This document shows, piece by piece, positions 37,273-52,015 of a DNA stretch of 64,000 nucleotides. A model generated the notes under the pieces. It made no database searches and was not told the DNA's origin. It saw nothing but the letters and a program-made list of their open reading frames with translations. The DNA is from Heptranchias perlo (Eukaryota), in NCBI RefSeq assembly GCF_035084215.1, contig NC_090332.1, positions 1,798,001 through 1,862,000 of the forward strand, given 5' to 3'. How positions within the stretch are numbered: position 1 is the first letter of the stretch; each line of letters begins with the position of its first letter. Both the position numbers and the translations under genes were made by a program.

Positions 37273-40200
37273 CTGGCCGACCCCTTATCCTGTGACGATG
37301 CCCCCGAGTTCTAGACTCTCCAGCCAGGGGAAACAATCTCTCAGCCTCAACCCTGTCAAGGCCCCTCATAATCTTTTATGTTTCAGTGAGATCACCTCTC
37401 ATTCTTCTAAACTCCAGAGAAAATGGGCCCATTCTACTCAACCTCACTTCATAGGACAACCTCTCATCCCAGGAATTAATCTGGTGAACCTTCGCTGTAC
37501 CGCCATGAAGGCAAGTATATCCTTCCTTAGAGAAGGAGACCAAAACTATACACAGTACTCCAGGTGAGGTCTCACAAAAGCGCTGTACAATTTTTTTTAT
37601 TTGTTCATGAGATGTGGGCGTCGCTGGCGAGGCCGGCATTTATTGCCCATCCCTAATTGCCCTTGAGAAGGTGGTGGTGAGCCGCCTTCTTGAACCGCTG
37701 CAGTCCGTGTGGTGAAGATTCTCCCAAAGTGCTGTTAGGAAGGGAGTTCCAGGATTTTGACCCAGCGACGATGAAGGAACGGCGATATATTTCCAAGTCG
37801 GGATGGTGTGTGACTTGGAGGGGAACGTGCAGGTGGTGTTGTTCCCATGTGCCTGCTGCCCTTGTCCTTCTAGGTGGTAGAGGTCACGGGTTTGGGAGGT
37901 GCTGTCGAAGAAGCCTTGGCGAGTTGCTGCAGTGCATCCTGTGGATGGTACACACTGCAGCCACGGTGCGCCAGTCGTGAAGGGAGTGAATGTTTAGGGT
38001 GGTGGATAGGGTGCCAATCAAGCAGGCTGCTTTGTCAAGCTTCTTGAGTGTTGTTGGAGCTGCACTCATCCAGGCAAGTGGAGAGTATTCCATCACACTT
38101 CTGTCTTGTGACTTGTAGATGGTGGAAAGGCTTTGGGGTGTCAGGAGGTGAGTCACTGACCACAGAATACCTAGCCTCTGACCTGCTCTTGTAGCCACAG
38201 TATTTATGTGGCTGGTCCAGTTAAATTTCTGGTCAATGGTGACCCCCAGGTTGTTGATGATGGGGGATTCGACGATGGTAATGCCATTGAATGTCAAGGG
38301 GAGGTGGTTAGATTCTCTCTTGTTGGAGATGGTCATTGCCTGGCACTTGTCTGGCGCAAATGTAACTTGCCACTTATCAGCCCAAGCCTGGATGTTGTCC
38401 AGGTCTTGCTGCATGCGGGCTCGGACTGCTTCATTATCTGAGGGGTTGCGAATGGAACTGAACACTGTGCAATCATCAGCGAACATCCCCACTTCTGACC
38501 TTATGATGGAGGGAAGGTCATTGATGAAGCAGCTGAAGATGGTTGGGCCTAGGACACTGCCCTGAGGAACTCCTGCAGCAATGTCCTGGGGCTGAGATGA
38601 TTGGCCTCCAACAACCACTACCATCTTCCTTTGTGCCAGGTATGACTCCAGCCACTGGAGAGTTTTCCCCCTGATTCCCATTGACTTCAATTTTACTCGG
38701 GCTCCTTGGTGCCACACTCTGTGAAATGCTGCCTTGATGTCAAGGGCAGTCACTCTCACCTCACCTCTGGAATTCAGCTCTTTTGTCCATGTTTGGACCA
38801 AGGCTGTAATGAGGTCTGGAGCCGAGTGGTCCTGGCGGAACCCAAACTGAGCATCGGTGAGCAGATTATTGTTGAGTAAGTGCCGCTTGATAGCACTGTC
38901 GACGACACCTTCCATCACTTTGCTGATGATTGAGAGTAGACTGATGGGGCGGTAATTGGCCGAATTGGATTTGTCCTGCTTTTTGTGAACAGGACATACC
39001 TGGGCAATTTTCCACATTGTCGGGTAGATGCCAGTGTTGTACTGGAACAGTTTGGCTGGAAGTGCGGCTAGTTCTGGAGCACAAGTCTTCAGCACTACAG
39101 CCGGGATGTTGTCGGGGCCCATAGCCTTTGTTGTATCCAGTGCACTCAGCCGTTTCTTGATATCACGTGGAGTGAATCGAATTGGCTGAAGACTGGCTTC
39201 TGTGGTGGTGGGGATATCGGGAGGAGGCCGAGATGGATCATCTGCTCGGCACTTCTGGCTGAAGATGGTTGAAAACACTTCAGCCTTGTCTTTTGCACTC
39301 ACATGCTGGACTCTGCCATCATTGAGGATGGGGATGTTTACAGAACCTCCTCCTCCCGTTAGTTGTTTAATTGTCCGCCACCATTCACGACTGGATGTGG
39401 CAGGACTGCAGAGCTTTGATCTGATCCGTTGGTTGTGGAATCGCTTAGCTCTGTCTATAGCTTGTTGCTTCCGCTGTTTGGCATGCATGTAGTCGTGTGT
39501 CATAGCTTCACCAGGTTGGCACCTCATTTTTAGGTATGCCTGGTGGAGTGTACAGTAGCATAGTGGTTTTGTTACTGGACTAGTAATCCAGAGCCATGAG
39601 TTCAAATCCTACCACAGCAGCTGGGGAATTAAATTCAATTAATTAAATAAAATCTGGAATAAAAAAATACTGGTATCAGTAATGGTGGCCATGAAACTAC
39701 CAGATTGTCCTAAAAACCCATCTGGTTCACTAATATCCTTTAGGGAAGGAAACCTGCCGTCCTTACCCGGTCTGGTCTATCTGTGACTCCAGAACCACAG
39801 CAATGTGGTTGATTCTTAATCACCCTCTGAAATGGCCTAGCAAGCCACTCAGTTGTAAAATCTCACTACAAAAAGTCATAACAAGAATAAAACTGGACGG
39901 ACCACTGGACATGACGAAAGGCAAACCAAGCCCAGTCAATCCTGCAAAGTCCTCCTCACTAACATCTGAGGACTTGTGCCAAAATTGGGAGAGCTGCCCC
40001 ACTGACTAGTCAAGCAACAGCCTGCCATAGCCATACTCACAGAATCATACCATAAGAACATAAGAAGCAGGAGTAGGCCAAACGGCCCCTCAAGCCTGCT
40101 CCGCCATTCAATAAGATCATGGCTGATCTGATCATAACCTCAAATCTAAATTCATGTCCAATTTCCTGCCCGCTCCCCATAACCCCTAATTCGCTTTACT

Positions 40201-41890
40201 TCTAGGAAACTGTCGATTTCTGTTTTAAATTTATTTAATGATATAGCTTCCACAGCTTCCTGGGGCAGCAAATTCCACAGACCCACTACCCTCTGAGTGA
40301 AGAAGTTTCTCCTCATCTCAGTTTTGAAAGAGCAGCCCCTTATTCTAAGATTATGCCCCCTAGTTCTAGTTTCACCCATCCTTGGGAGCATCCTTACCGC
40401 ATCCACCCGATCAAGCCCCTTCACAATCTTATATGTTTCAATAAGATCGCCTCTCATTCTTCTGAACTCCAATGAGTAGAGTCCCAATCTACTCAACCTC
40501 TCCTCATATGTCCGCCCCCTCATCCCCGGGATTAACCGAGTGAACCTTCTTTGTACTGCCTCGAGAGCAAGTATGTCTTTTCTTAAGTATGGACACCAAA
40601 ACTGTATGCAGTATTCCAGGTGCGGTCTCACCAATACCTTATATAACTGCAGCAATACCTCTCTGTTTTTATATTCTATCCCCCTAGCAATAAAAGCCAA
40701 CATTCCGTTGGCCTTCTTGATCACCTGCTGCACCTGCATACTAACTTTTTGATTTTCTTGCACTCGGACCCCCAGATCCCTTTGTACTGCAGTACTTTCC
40801 AATTTCTCGCCATTAAGATAATAACTTGCTCTCTGATTTTTCCTGCCAAAGTGCATAACCTCACATTTTCCAATATTGTATTGCATCTGCCAAATCTCCG
40901 CCCACTCACCCAGCCTGTCTATATCCCCTTGCAGGTTTTTTATGTCCTCCTCACTCTCTACTTTCCCTCCCATCTTTGTATCATCTGCAAACTTTGATGT
41001 TACACTCGGTCCCCTCCTCTAAATTGTTAATATAGATTAAATAAGGGTGTTACATTAGCAGTTTTCCAATCTGCCGGGACCTTTGCTGAGTCCAGAGAAT
41101 TTTGGAAAATTATTACCAAAGCATCCACAATCCCTACTGCCACTTCCCTCAAGACCCTAGGATGTAAGCCATCAGGTCCAGGGGATTTATCCGCCTTGAG
41201 TCCCATTAATTTACTGAGTACCAATTCCTTAGTGATTTTAATCGTATTTAGCTCCTTCCCCCCCCCCCCCCCCCCAGAGTCCCCTGTTTGTCCAGTGTTG
41301 GGATATTCTTAGTGTCCTCTACCGTAAAGACTGAAACAAAATATTTGTTCAGCATTTTTGCCATCTCCATGTTTCCCACCATTAATTTCTCGGTCTCATC
41401 CTCTAAGGGACCTACGTTTGCCTTAGCCACCATTTTTCTTTTTATATAACTATCGAAACTCTTGCTATCTGTTTTTATATTTTTTGCTAATTTATTTTCA
41501 TAATCTATCTTCCCTTTCTTAATCAATCCTTTAGTTATTTTTTGCTGTCTTTTGAAGACTTCCCAATCTTCTATCCTCCCACTAAGTTTGGCTACCTTAT
41601 ATGTCCTTGTTTTTAGCCTTTCAGCCAACGTCCCAGACTCTTCCAACACCATCACTGGGTATGTCCTGTCCTATTGTAGTAAGACTTCCTTACTCTTGTA
41701 CTCCAACCACCTTGCAATAAAGGCCAACATGCTAATTGCCTATTGCTTGCTGCATCCTGCATGCTAATTTCTTGTACAAGGACACCCAAATCTCTCTGAA
41801 CACCAAAATTTAACAGATTCTTATCATCTAAAAAATATTCTCTTTTTCTACTCTTCCTACCAAAATGAATAACTTCATGTTTCCCCACAT
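37273..41890 (-). mobile_element. Stack of LINE fragments in gene B intron: CR1 (37273-37590), family X with 573-aa RT ORF (37590-39543), + strand SINE/LINE 5' piece (39545-40050), CR1 (40052-41890)
   Basis: RT motifs in ORFs 37884-39605 and 40152-40973; B-box-like gagttcaaatcc near 39600. Confidence 0.85.
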
Positions 41891-42242
41891 TTTGGTTTTA
41901 TTAACTAATCAATTTATCGAGTTTAAGTTATTGATTTAAGCTCTTCGTGAAACCCCTGCCGTGACTTAGGCTGAGGGAAAAAAAGTGACACTCACCTACC
42001 TGCTGACCTGTGACGTCACTCTTTCAATTTCTGCTTGTGTGAGTTGACACCAACAGTGTAAAAACGCCACGTACCCCCCTCCTCTCACTCCTCTCCACTA
42101 TCTGGCCTTCTGCTGACCGCCCTTTTTATCCTCTCGCTCCTCTGTGCTAGCTGACCTTCTGCTGACCGCCCTTTTTATCCTCTCACTCCTCTCCACTATC
42201 TGGCCTTCTGCTGACCGCCCTTTTTATCCTCTCAGGTGCTTT

Positions 42243-42417
42243 GGGTAGATTTTGACTTTGTGCGATAGTGTAAAACGGGTGACAGCGAATCGGCAGCCTG
42301 TTTCACATCACTCCTGATTTTGACATCAGTGGAAATAAAAATCAGGAGTGATGTAAAATGGGCTGCTGATTCGCTGTCTCCTGATTTACATTATCGCACA
42401 AAGTCCAAATCAACCCC
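42243..42417. mobile_element. Palindromic MITE
   Basis: Near whole-length inverted repeat gggtagattttgactttgtgcgata...tatcgcacaaagtccaaatcaacccc. Confidence 0.75.
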
Positions 42418-43594
42418 TTTGAGCCTCCAAAAGGAATCTGACCAGTTCTCATGGATATCCTGTGTTGTATTACAGTATTCATTACCTTCCTACCTTTAAT
42501 CTCCTCTCTCTCTGTCTCTCTCTAACCCAACTAGGCACAGGTCAGCCGAGTAATGAAAGAAAGAACTTGCATTTATATAGCGCCTTTCATGATCTCAGGA
42601 CGTCCAAAAGTGTTTTACAGCCAATAAAGCCCTTTTTGAAGTGTGGTCACTGTTGCAATGTAGGAAACGTGGCAGCCAATTTGTGCACAGCAAGATCCCA
42701 GTTGTTTTATGTTTAAAACAACTTTCAGTTGCCACAGAGGTGATCTCATCCAGTTGATCAGAATACAATCGTCACATTAAGAGATTGATTCATCGCATTA
42801 ATAGGTGGGTTTTTATACTAAAATCAATAACCCAAAATATTCAACTAACTGACAGTTTTCCTCCTTTATCAGCATTTCTGCAACAGGACTCACTGGTATT
42901 AAGGAGCTGCTGTTAATAAACCAGGTCTAAATCTTGGGTTTTTATACAATACTTTCAGGGTTTTCTCCATCAAATTAACCCTTTGTCTGCTGCTCTTATT
43001 TTTGTATTCCTTCCCCAATATAATGATACAAATGAATGAGATGAAACCAACTCAACCATTCATTACATCTACCCATAATCTGTTAACATCTTAAATCTGT
43101 GCACTTCCTGTCTGCACAAATTGACTTTCTGTTCTGATATTTTTGTTACATTTTTTGGGAGGGTAGGTTTTAACTTTCACAGAAACGGAAGACTGGTGAT
43201 AATGGATCAGCCACCCATTTAAACCCACCTTCTACTGTCTCATCTGCTCACTATGTCTTTACCCTCTCTCCCTATTCTCAGTCCCTCCTGCTCCCTTTCT
43301 ACTCCTCCACTATCTCTACGGTCACCTCTCTTTACTGTTTCTCCTGCTCCTTTCTACTACTCTGCCTCCTCCACTCCCTCTCTCTACTCTATCTCTTCTG
43401 CTTTTAAAACAGATACAGTAGTGTAGTGTTACTGAACCAGTAATCTCGAGAACGTGGGTTCAAATCTCGCCATGGCAGTTTGAGAATTTGAATTCAATTT
43501 AAAAAAATAAATAAATCTGGTATCGGTAAATCAATGATTTCCCCACCGTCAACATCCTGGGACACCCCTCATCTCCCTTTACCAGTTTCCATTA

Positions 43595-46500
43595 TAGAAT
43601 CGTAGATGGAGGCCATTTGGCCCATTGTGCCTCTGGCAGCACTTTGAAAGAGCTATCTAATTAGTCCCACTCCCCCTGCTCTTTTCCCAAAAACCTGCAA
43701 ATTTTTCCTTTTCAAGTATTTATCCAATTCCCTTTTGAAAGTTATTATTGAATCTGCTTCCACCGCCCTTTCAGGCAGTGGATTCCAGATCATAACAACT
43801 CACTGCTTAAAAACTTCTCCTCATCTCCCCTCTTTCTTTTGGCAATTATTTTAAATCTGTGTCCTCTGGTTGCCGACCCTTCTGCCACTGGAAACAGTTT
43901 CTTCCTATTTACTCAATCAAAACCCTTCATAATTTTAATCACCTCAATTAAATCTCCCCTAAATCCTTCTCTGTTCTAGGGAGAACAACCCCAGCTTCTC
44001 CAGTCTCTCCACATAACTGAAGTCCCTCATCTCTGGTACCATTCTGGTAAATTTCCTCTGCACCCTCTCCAAGGTATTGACATCCTTCCTAAAGTGCGGT
44101 GCCCAGAATTGGACACAGTACTCCAGCTGAGGCCTAACCAGTGATTTATAAAGGTTTAAAAAGCCTTTTGAAAAACACAGCATCAACTGCACTGCCCTCA
44201 TCAACCCTCTCCGTTACTTCATCCATACCTTTGAGAATCAGGGAGTATCTCCTCTACTCAGGAGATGAAATGGATGGATCGGGTCCAGTGAAGCATTTCT
44301 TGTATATAAACTATAAGAATATAAGAGCTGGATTTTCCTCTGCTACACCGTCTGAAATCAGGATGGTGATGGTTGTACCTGGAGTGTGGAAAAGGCCTGG
44401 TTATGCCACTTTTGGAGGGGAGAGGGCCCAATGTTAGGCACCTCTCCCTCTCAGCCCCCAAAACATACCTATGTTAGGCCTTCGCTCAGTCAAAGGCCCT
44501 AAAAATTTGAAGCCCTCACGTCTTTGGGGCTCTCCTGCGTCCTTTAAATGGCCTCTCTTCTGGTGCTGTAGCACTGTCGCACTTTCCTCCCCTGGCAGCA
44601 GCATGTTCTCTCTGGATAGTTGGATATTCCTCCTGCAGCCTGCCCTATGTGAGTAATGAGCCCGACCCAGAACGATGTGTTTGGGGTCAGTGCCGCGGGC
44701 TGAAGTCCCGGCCCAACCTTCCTCCAGTGGGAGCAGGGAAATCATAACATAAGCACATAAGAAATAGGAGCAGGAGTAGGCCGTACGTCCCCTCGAACCT
44801 GCTCCGCCATTCAATAAAATCATGGCTGGTCTTCAACCTCAACTCCACTTTCCTGCCCGATCTCCATATCCCTTGATTCCCTTAGAGTCCAAAAATCTAT
44901 CAATCTCAGCCTTCAAAATACTCAACGACTCAGCATCCACAGCCCTCTGGGGTAGAGGATTCCAAAGATTCACAACCCTCTAGGTGAAGAAATTCCTCCT
45001 CATCTCAGTCTTAAATGGCCGACCCCGTATTCTGCAACTATGCCCCCTAGTTCTAGACTCTCCAGCCAGGGGAACCGATCTCTCAGCATCTACCCTGTCA
45101 AGCCCCCTCAGAATCTTACATGTTTCAATGAGATCACCTCCCATTCTTCTATACTCCAGAAAGTATAAGAATATAAGAACATAAGAAATTGGAGCAGGAG
45201 TAGGCCGTCCGGCCCCTCGAGCCTGCTCCACCATTCAACAAGATCATGGCTGATCTTCTACCTCGACGCCATTTTCCTGCACTATCCCCATATTCCTTGA
45301 TACTTTTAATATTTAAAAATCTATCGATCTCTGTTTTGAATGTACTCAATGACTGAGTCTCCGCAGCCCTCTCGGGTAGACAATTCCAAAGATTCACCAC
45401 CCTCTGAGTGAAGAAATTTCTCCTCATCTCAGTCCTAAATGTCCTACCCTTTATTCTGAGACTGTGACCCCTGGTTCTAGACTCACCAGCCAGGGGAAAC
45501 ATCCTCCCTGCATCTACCGTCGAGAATTTTGTATGTTTCAATGAGATCACCTCTCATTCTTCTAAACTGTAGAGAATACAGGCCTAGTCGACCCAATCTC
45601 TCCTCATACAACAATCCCACCATCCCAGGAATCAGTCTGGTGAACCTTCGTTGCACTCCCTCTATGGCAAGTATATCCTTTCTTAGGTAAGGAGACCAAA
45701 ATTGTACACAATACTCCAGGTGCAGTCTCACCAAGGCCCTATATAATTGCAGTAAGACATCTTCACTCCTGTACTCACATCCTCTTGTAATAAAGGCCAA
45801 AATACCATTTGCTTCCTAATTGCTTGCTGCACCTGCATGTTAGCTTTCAGCGACTCATGTACAAGGACACCCAGGTCCCTTTGAACATCAACATTTCCCA
45901 ATCTCTCACCATTTAAAAAATACTCTGCATTTCTGTTTTTCTTACAAAGTAGATAACTTCAGATTTTTCCACATTATATTCCATCTGCCATGTTCTTGCC
46001 CACTCACTTAGCCTGTCTATATCCCCTTGATGTCTCTTTGCATCCTTCTCACAACTCACATTCCCACCCAGTTTTGAGTCATCAGCAAACTTGGAAATAT
46101 TACATTTGGTCCCCTCATCCATATCATTGATAAATATTGTGAATAGCTGGGGCCTAAGCACTGATCCCTGTGGTACCCCACTAGTCACAGTCTGCCAATC
46201 TGAAAAAGACCCGTTTATTCCTACTCTCTGTTTTCAGTCTGTTAACCAATTCTCAATCCATGCCAGTATATTACCCCCAATTCCATGTGCTCTAACTTCC
46301 TTCACCAACCTCCTGTGTGGGACCTTATCGAAAGCCTTCTGAAAATCCAAATACATCACATCCACTGGTTCCCCCTTATCTATTCTACTAGTTACATCCT
46401 CAAAGAACTCCAATAGGTTTGTCAAACATGATTTCCCTTTCATAAATCCATGTTGACTCTGCCAAATCCTGTTATTATTTTCTAAATGTCCTGTAATCAC

Positions 46501-49500
46501 ATCCTTTATAATAGATTCTAGCATTTTCCCTACTACTGATGTCAGGTCTGTAGTTCCCTGTTTTCTCTCTCCCTCCTTTCTTAAATATTGGGGTTTCATT
46601 TGCCACCCTCCAATCTGCAGGAACCGTTCCAGAATCTATAGAATTTTGGAAGATGACAACCAATGCATCCACTATCTCTATAGCCACCTCTTTCAAAACC
46701 CTGGGATGTAGATCATCAGGTCCTTGGGATTTATCGACTTTCAGTCCCATTAATTTCTCTATTACTGTTTTTTTTACTAATACTAATTTCTTTCAGTTCC
46801 TCATGCTTGCCAGACCCTTGGTTCTCTAGTATTCCTGGGAGGTTTTTTGCATCTTTTTCCATGACACAAAGTATTTGTTTAATTTCTCTGCCATTTCTTT
46901 ATTCCCCATTATAAATTCTCCCGTCTCTGTCTGTAAGGGACCCACATTTACCTTCCCCAGTCTTTTCCTTTTTACATATCTATAGATGCTTTTACTGTCC
47001 GTTTTTATGTTTCTCGCTAGTTTACTCTCATATTCTATTTTCCCTTTCTTTATCAATTTCTTGGTCCTCCTTTGTTGAATTCTAAAATGCTCCCAATCCT
47101 CAGGCTTACTGCTTTTTCTGGCAACTTTATCTGCCTCTTACTTTGATTTAATGCTATTGTTAATTTCTCTTGTTAGCCACGGTTGGACCATTTTTCCTGT
47201 TGGGTTTTTGTGCCTTAAAGGAATATATATTTGTTACAAATTATGTATTAATTCTTTAAATGCTAGCCATTGCCTGTCTACTGTCATACCTTTTAATGTA
47301 GTTCCCCAATCAACCACAGTCAACGTGCACCTCGTACCTTCGTAGTTTCCTTTGTTTAGATTTAAGACCCTAGTTTCGGATTGAACTACATCACTTTCAA
47401 ACTTAATGAAGAAGTCTATCATATTATGGTCATTTTTCCCTAAGGGCTCCTTTACAACAAGATTATTAATTAACCCTTTCTCATTGCATGATACTAGATC
47501 TAAAATAGCCTGTTCCCTAGTTGGTTCAACATACTGATCTAGAAAACCATCTCATATACATTCCAGGAATTCGTCCTCTACAGTATTAGTGCTAATTTGG
47601 TTTGCCCAATCTATATGTAGATTAAAGTCCCCCATGATTACTGTATTACCCTTGTTACATGCACTTCTAATTTCCTGCTTTATACCGTGCCCTACATTAC
47701 CATTACTGTTTGGTGGCCTATAAACAACTCCCACCAATGTTTTCTGCCCCTTGCTGTTTCTTAGCTCCACCCAAACTGATTCTACATCTTGATCTTCTGA
47801 GCCAAGATCCTTTCTCACTATTGTACTGATCTCATCCTTTATTAACAGCGCAAACCCACCTCCTTTTCCTTTTTGCCTGTTCTTCCTAAATGTTGAATAT
47901 CCTTGAATATTCAGTTCCCAGCCTTGGTCACCCTGCAGCCACTTCTCCGTAATGGCAATTAGAGCAGACCCATTTGCTTCTATTTGTGCCGTCAATTCAT
48001 CTACTTTCTACTCATTCCACCCAATCTCTCCTCATCGGACAACCCTCTCGTCCCAGGAATTAATCTGGTGAACCTTCGTTGCACCGCCTCTAAGGCAAGT
48101 ATATCCTTCCTTAGATAAGGAAACCAAAACTGTACACAGTACTCCAGGTGAGGTCCGCCTAAAGCCCTGTACAATTGTAGTAAGACTTCCTTACTCTTGT
48201 ATTCCAACCTCCTTACAACAAAGGCCAACATGCAATTTGCCTTCCTATTTGCTTGCTGTATATGCATGCTAACTTTTTGTGTTTTTTGTACAAGCTCACC
48301 CAAATCCCTCTGAACACCAACATTTAATAGTTTCTCACCATTTAAAAAATATTCTGTTTTTCTATTCTTCCAACCAAAGTGAATAACCTCACATTTCCCC
48401 ACATTATACTCCATCTGCCACCCTCTTGCCCACTCACTTAACCTTCTAAATCCCTTTGCAGTCTCTTTGGGGGTGATTTTAAACCCCAAGAACGGGTGGG
48501 AGTTGAAAATAATTGTTTTTTGGGTCGCAACCGCAAAATTTTCGGACTTCGCATTCCCAGTGGGAAGCCTGTACTTTTACACACCGACGTTAAATCTGGA
48601 AATAAAGCCGGGTTGCGGTCGCGACCCCAAAAACAACTATTTTCAACTCCCGTTCTTGGGGTTTAAAATCACCCCCTTTGTGTCCGCCTCACAACTTACT
48701 TTCCCACCTACCTTTGCATCATCAGCAAACTTGGATACATTAGACTCGGTCCCTTCATCTAAGTCATTAATATAGATTGTAAATAGCTGAGGCCCAAGCA
48801 CTGATCCTTGCATCACCCCACTGGTTACAGCCTGCCAACCTGAGAATGACCTGTTTATCCCTACTCTCTGTTTTTTGTCCCTTGACCAATTCTCTATCCA
48901 TGCTAATATGTTACCCCAACCCCATGAGCCCTTATCTTGTGTAACAACCTTTTATGTGGCACCTTATTGAATGCCTTTTGAAAATCCAAATATACTCCAT
49001 CCACTGGATCCCCTTTATCTACCCTGCTAGTTATATCCTCAAAAAACTCCAATAAATTTGTCAAACACGATTTCCTTTTCATAAAACCATGTTGACTCTG
49101 CCTAATCATATTACGATTTTCTAAGTGCCCTGTTAGCACTTCCTTAATAATGGATTACAACATTTTCCTGACGACTGAGGTCGGGCTAACTGGCCTGTAG
49201 TTCCCTGTTTTCTCTCCCTTCTTTCTTGAATAGCGGGGTTACATTTGTTACCTTCCAATCCACGGGGACCGTTCTAGAATCTAGGAAATTTTGGAAGATC
49301 ATAACCAATGCATCCACTATCTCTGCAGCCACCTCTTTTAGAACCCTAGGATTTAGGCCATCAGGTCCAGGGGATTTATCGGCTTTTAGTTCCATTAGTT
49401 TCTTAAGTTTTTTTTCTCTACTGATATTAATTACTTTAAGTTCCTCACTCTCATTAGCCCCTTGGTTCCCCATTATTTCTGGTATGCTTTTTGTGTCTTC

Positions 49501-49840
49501 TACTGTGAAGACAGATACAAAATATTTGTTTAACCGCTCTGCCATTTCCTGGTTCCCCATTATAATTTCTCCTCTCTCAGCTTCTAAGGGACCCACGTTT
49601 ACTTTTGCTACTCTCTTCCTTTTTACGTACTTCTAGAAGCTCTTACAATCAGTTTTTATATTTCTTGGTAGTTTACTTTCACATTCTATTTTCTCCCTTT
49701 TTATCAATTTTTTGGTCATTCTTTGCTGATTTCTAAAACTCTCCCAATCCCCAGGCTTATTACTCTTCTTGGCAACATTATAGGCCTCTTCTTTCAATCT
49801 AATACTATCCTTAACTTCTTTAGTTAGCCACGGGTGGCCA
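43595..49840 (-). mobile_element. Series of nested or tandem decayed CR1 LINEs (43595-44160, 44745-45160, 45165-48000, 48000-49840)
   Basis: Multiple EN/RT ORF fragments and repeated 3' tails (cataagaa). Confidence 0.87.
48469..48676. mobile_element. MITE with long TIRs and 3-bp TSD (TTT) inside a CR1
   Basis: gggggtgattttaaaccccaagaacggg...cccgttcttggggtttaaaatcaccccc; the host reads through once the element is removed. Confidence 0.85.
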
Positions 49841-49930
49841 CTTGTACTGCCTGGACTGTCCCTTTAAATACTGGGGACATTTTGTAACCTTCAGTCTGGT
49901 TTTTTAATTATTGATATTTTTCCCTTAAAG

Positions 49931-50275
49931 GTGCAAATGCTCCCGTCATTATCCAGTCTCCGAGCCTGGAACGTGTCACAGAGGGTCAGACAGCCCGGTT
50001 ACAGTGCACCATGCGGAAGGCCACAGTGAGAGACGTCGATGTCCACTGGTACCGACAACTACCAGGGCAAGATATGGAGTGGGTTTTAACACACGATGTA
50101 ATGAACAACACACGAGGAGGCCCAGGGTCCACTGACCGTTTCCAGCCTTCCAGAGACATCGCCAATAACAGCTTCATTCTGACAATCACAGACGTGCAGC
50201 CCAATGACACTGCTGTCTATTACTGTAAAGTGTGGGGAGATATCAGTGGGAATGGAACCCAGCTCAATATAACCA
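49931..50275 (+). CDS. Gene B: second VJ-type Ig domain exon (V2)
   Basis: Acceptor tttttcccttaaAG, donor A|GTAAGT, 345 nt, phase 1-1. (S)ANAPVIIQSPSLERVTEGQTARLQC...VHWYRQLPGQ...DTAVYYCKVWGDISGNGTQLNIT. Confidence 0.93.
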
Positions 50276-50579
50276 GTAAGTACAATTTACAATATATTAG
50301 CCTGAATATAAGAGAATAACCTCTTACAGATGAATTAATTGGAGATCAGTATCTGATAAACTTCATGAACACCTGTGGTAAATAGAAACAGCTTATAAAT
50401 AATCATAATTACCATTCTCATTATTCTGCGTGTAACTTAAATACAATATTTGTGATTACACTTGTCAATGCGCTGTTAATTTTTCTGCTTTTACACATAA
50501 TGTTTATTCATTCTTTTTAGTTTTGTTGAGCAGAAAAGACCCTTTCAGTCCAGCTGGCCAGCCCTGAAGATCAAAAAAT

Positions 50580-51520
50580 CTTTGAATTGGCAGGACATGT
50601 TGACAAGGCTGTTTTTTAAAAAAAACATACGTGATCCTGGGCTTTGTTAATAGAGGCATTGAGTACAAAAACAAGGAAGTTACACTAAACATTTATAAAT
50701 CACTGGTTAGGCCTCAGCTGGAATATTGTGACCAATTCTGGGCACCGCACTTTAGGAAGGATGTCAAGGCCTTGGAGAGGGTGCAGAGGAGATTTTCTAG
50801 AATGGTTTCAGGGATGAGGGACTTCAGTTATGTGGAGGGCCTGGAGAAGCTGGGATTGTTCTCCTCAGAGCAGGGAAGGGGAGATTTAATAGAGGTGTTC
50901 AAAATTCTGAAGGGTTTTGATAGAGTTAATAAGGAGAAACTGTCTCCAGTGGCAGGAGGGTCAGTAACCAGAGGACGCAGAGTTAAAATAATTGGCAAAA
51001 GAACCCGAGGGGAGATGAGAATTTTTTTTTATGCAGCGAGTTGCCAGAGGGGCAATTTTTTCACTCAAAGGGTGGTGAGTGTCTGGAACGGGCTGCCAGA
51101 GGCAGTAGTAGAGGCGGGTACAATTTTGTCTTTTAAAAAGCATTTGGACAGTTACATGGGTAAGATGGGTATAGAGGGATATGGGCCAAGTGCAGGCAAT
51201 TGGGACTAGCTTAGTGGTATAAACTGGGCGACATGGACATGTTGGGCCGAAGGGCCTGTTTCCATGTTGTAACTTCTATGATTCTATGATTCTATGAGTT
51301 GTTACGATCTGGAATGCGCTGCCTGAAAGGGCGGTGGAAACAGATTCAATTATAACTTTCAAAAGGGAATTGGATAAATACTTGAAATGGAAAAATTTGC
51401 AGGGCTCTGGGGAAAGAGCAGGGGAGTGGGACTAATAGGCTAGCTCTTTCAAAGAGCCGGCACAGGCACAATGGGCCGAATGGCCTTCCTCTGTGCTGTA
51501 TCATTCTACGATTCCATCAC
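50580..51520 (+). mobile_element. CR1 3' fragment with nested CR1 tail (about 51043-51296)
   Basis: LVRPQLEYC; nested piece matches the 3' end of 52505-54075 and ends in (ttctatga)n. Confidence 0.8.
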
Positions 51521-52015
51521 TATACTGTCCTGTAAAGTTGGATTTTTCAGGCCTCAGAGTCAGGGGTGGGGGAAAGAGAAGGCTGCATTGTTGACATGTG
51601 AGGACAATATATTTAAATGTCTAAAACAACTGAGCTCCCTCTTGAATTTGCTCACATTATGGAAATTCTAATCTCACTGATGAGATTTCACTGAGTTGTT
51701 ATAGGGTAAATGTAGAACTTTAGTGCTCTACCCACTGGGGGCACTTATTGGAAATATGGTACTCACCGTCAATGATTGTCACACCCGCGCCCCTTGTGTG
51801 TGAAACTCCCTGATGGGAATACTAAAAGTGAAACTTTACCCAGGAATTTTACAGAACAGAGGAGGCCATTCGACCCATTTTGGATTCTACATCCACCACT
51901 GTTTCTGGTAGGCCATTCTGTGTCCTAACAACCCTCTGCGTAAAACATTTCTAATCTCTCCTTTCATTCTTTTGGTGATGATTTCAAATTTGTGTTCTCT
52001 AACTACAGACTCGCT

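Noticed and set aside
37884-39605. 573-aa ORF as a host gene or active retroelement
   Set aside because: 5'-truncated LINE RT lacking the endonuclease, with sibling fragments elsewhere in the window.
576-50300. Rearranging Ig/TCR locus (V segments with RSS)
   Set aside because: The V exons already include the J-like strand and end at splice donors; no heptamer-spacer-nonamer borders them, and I saw no D, J or C exons.
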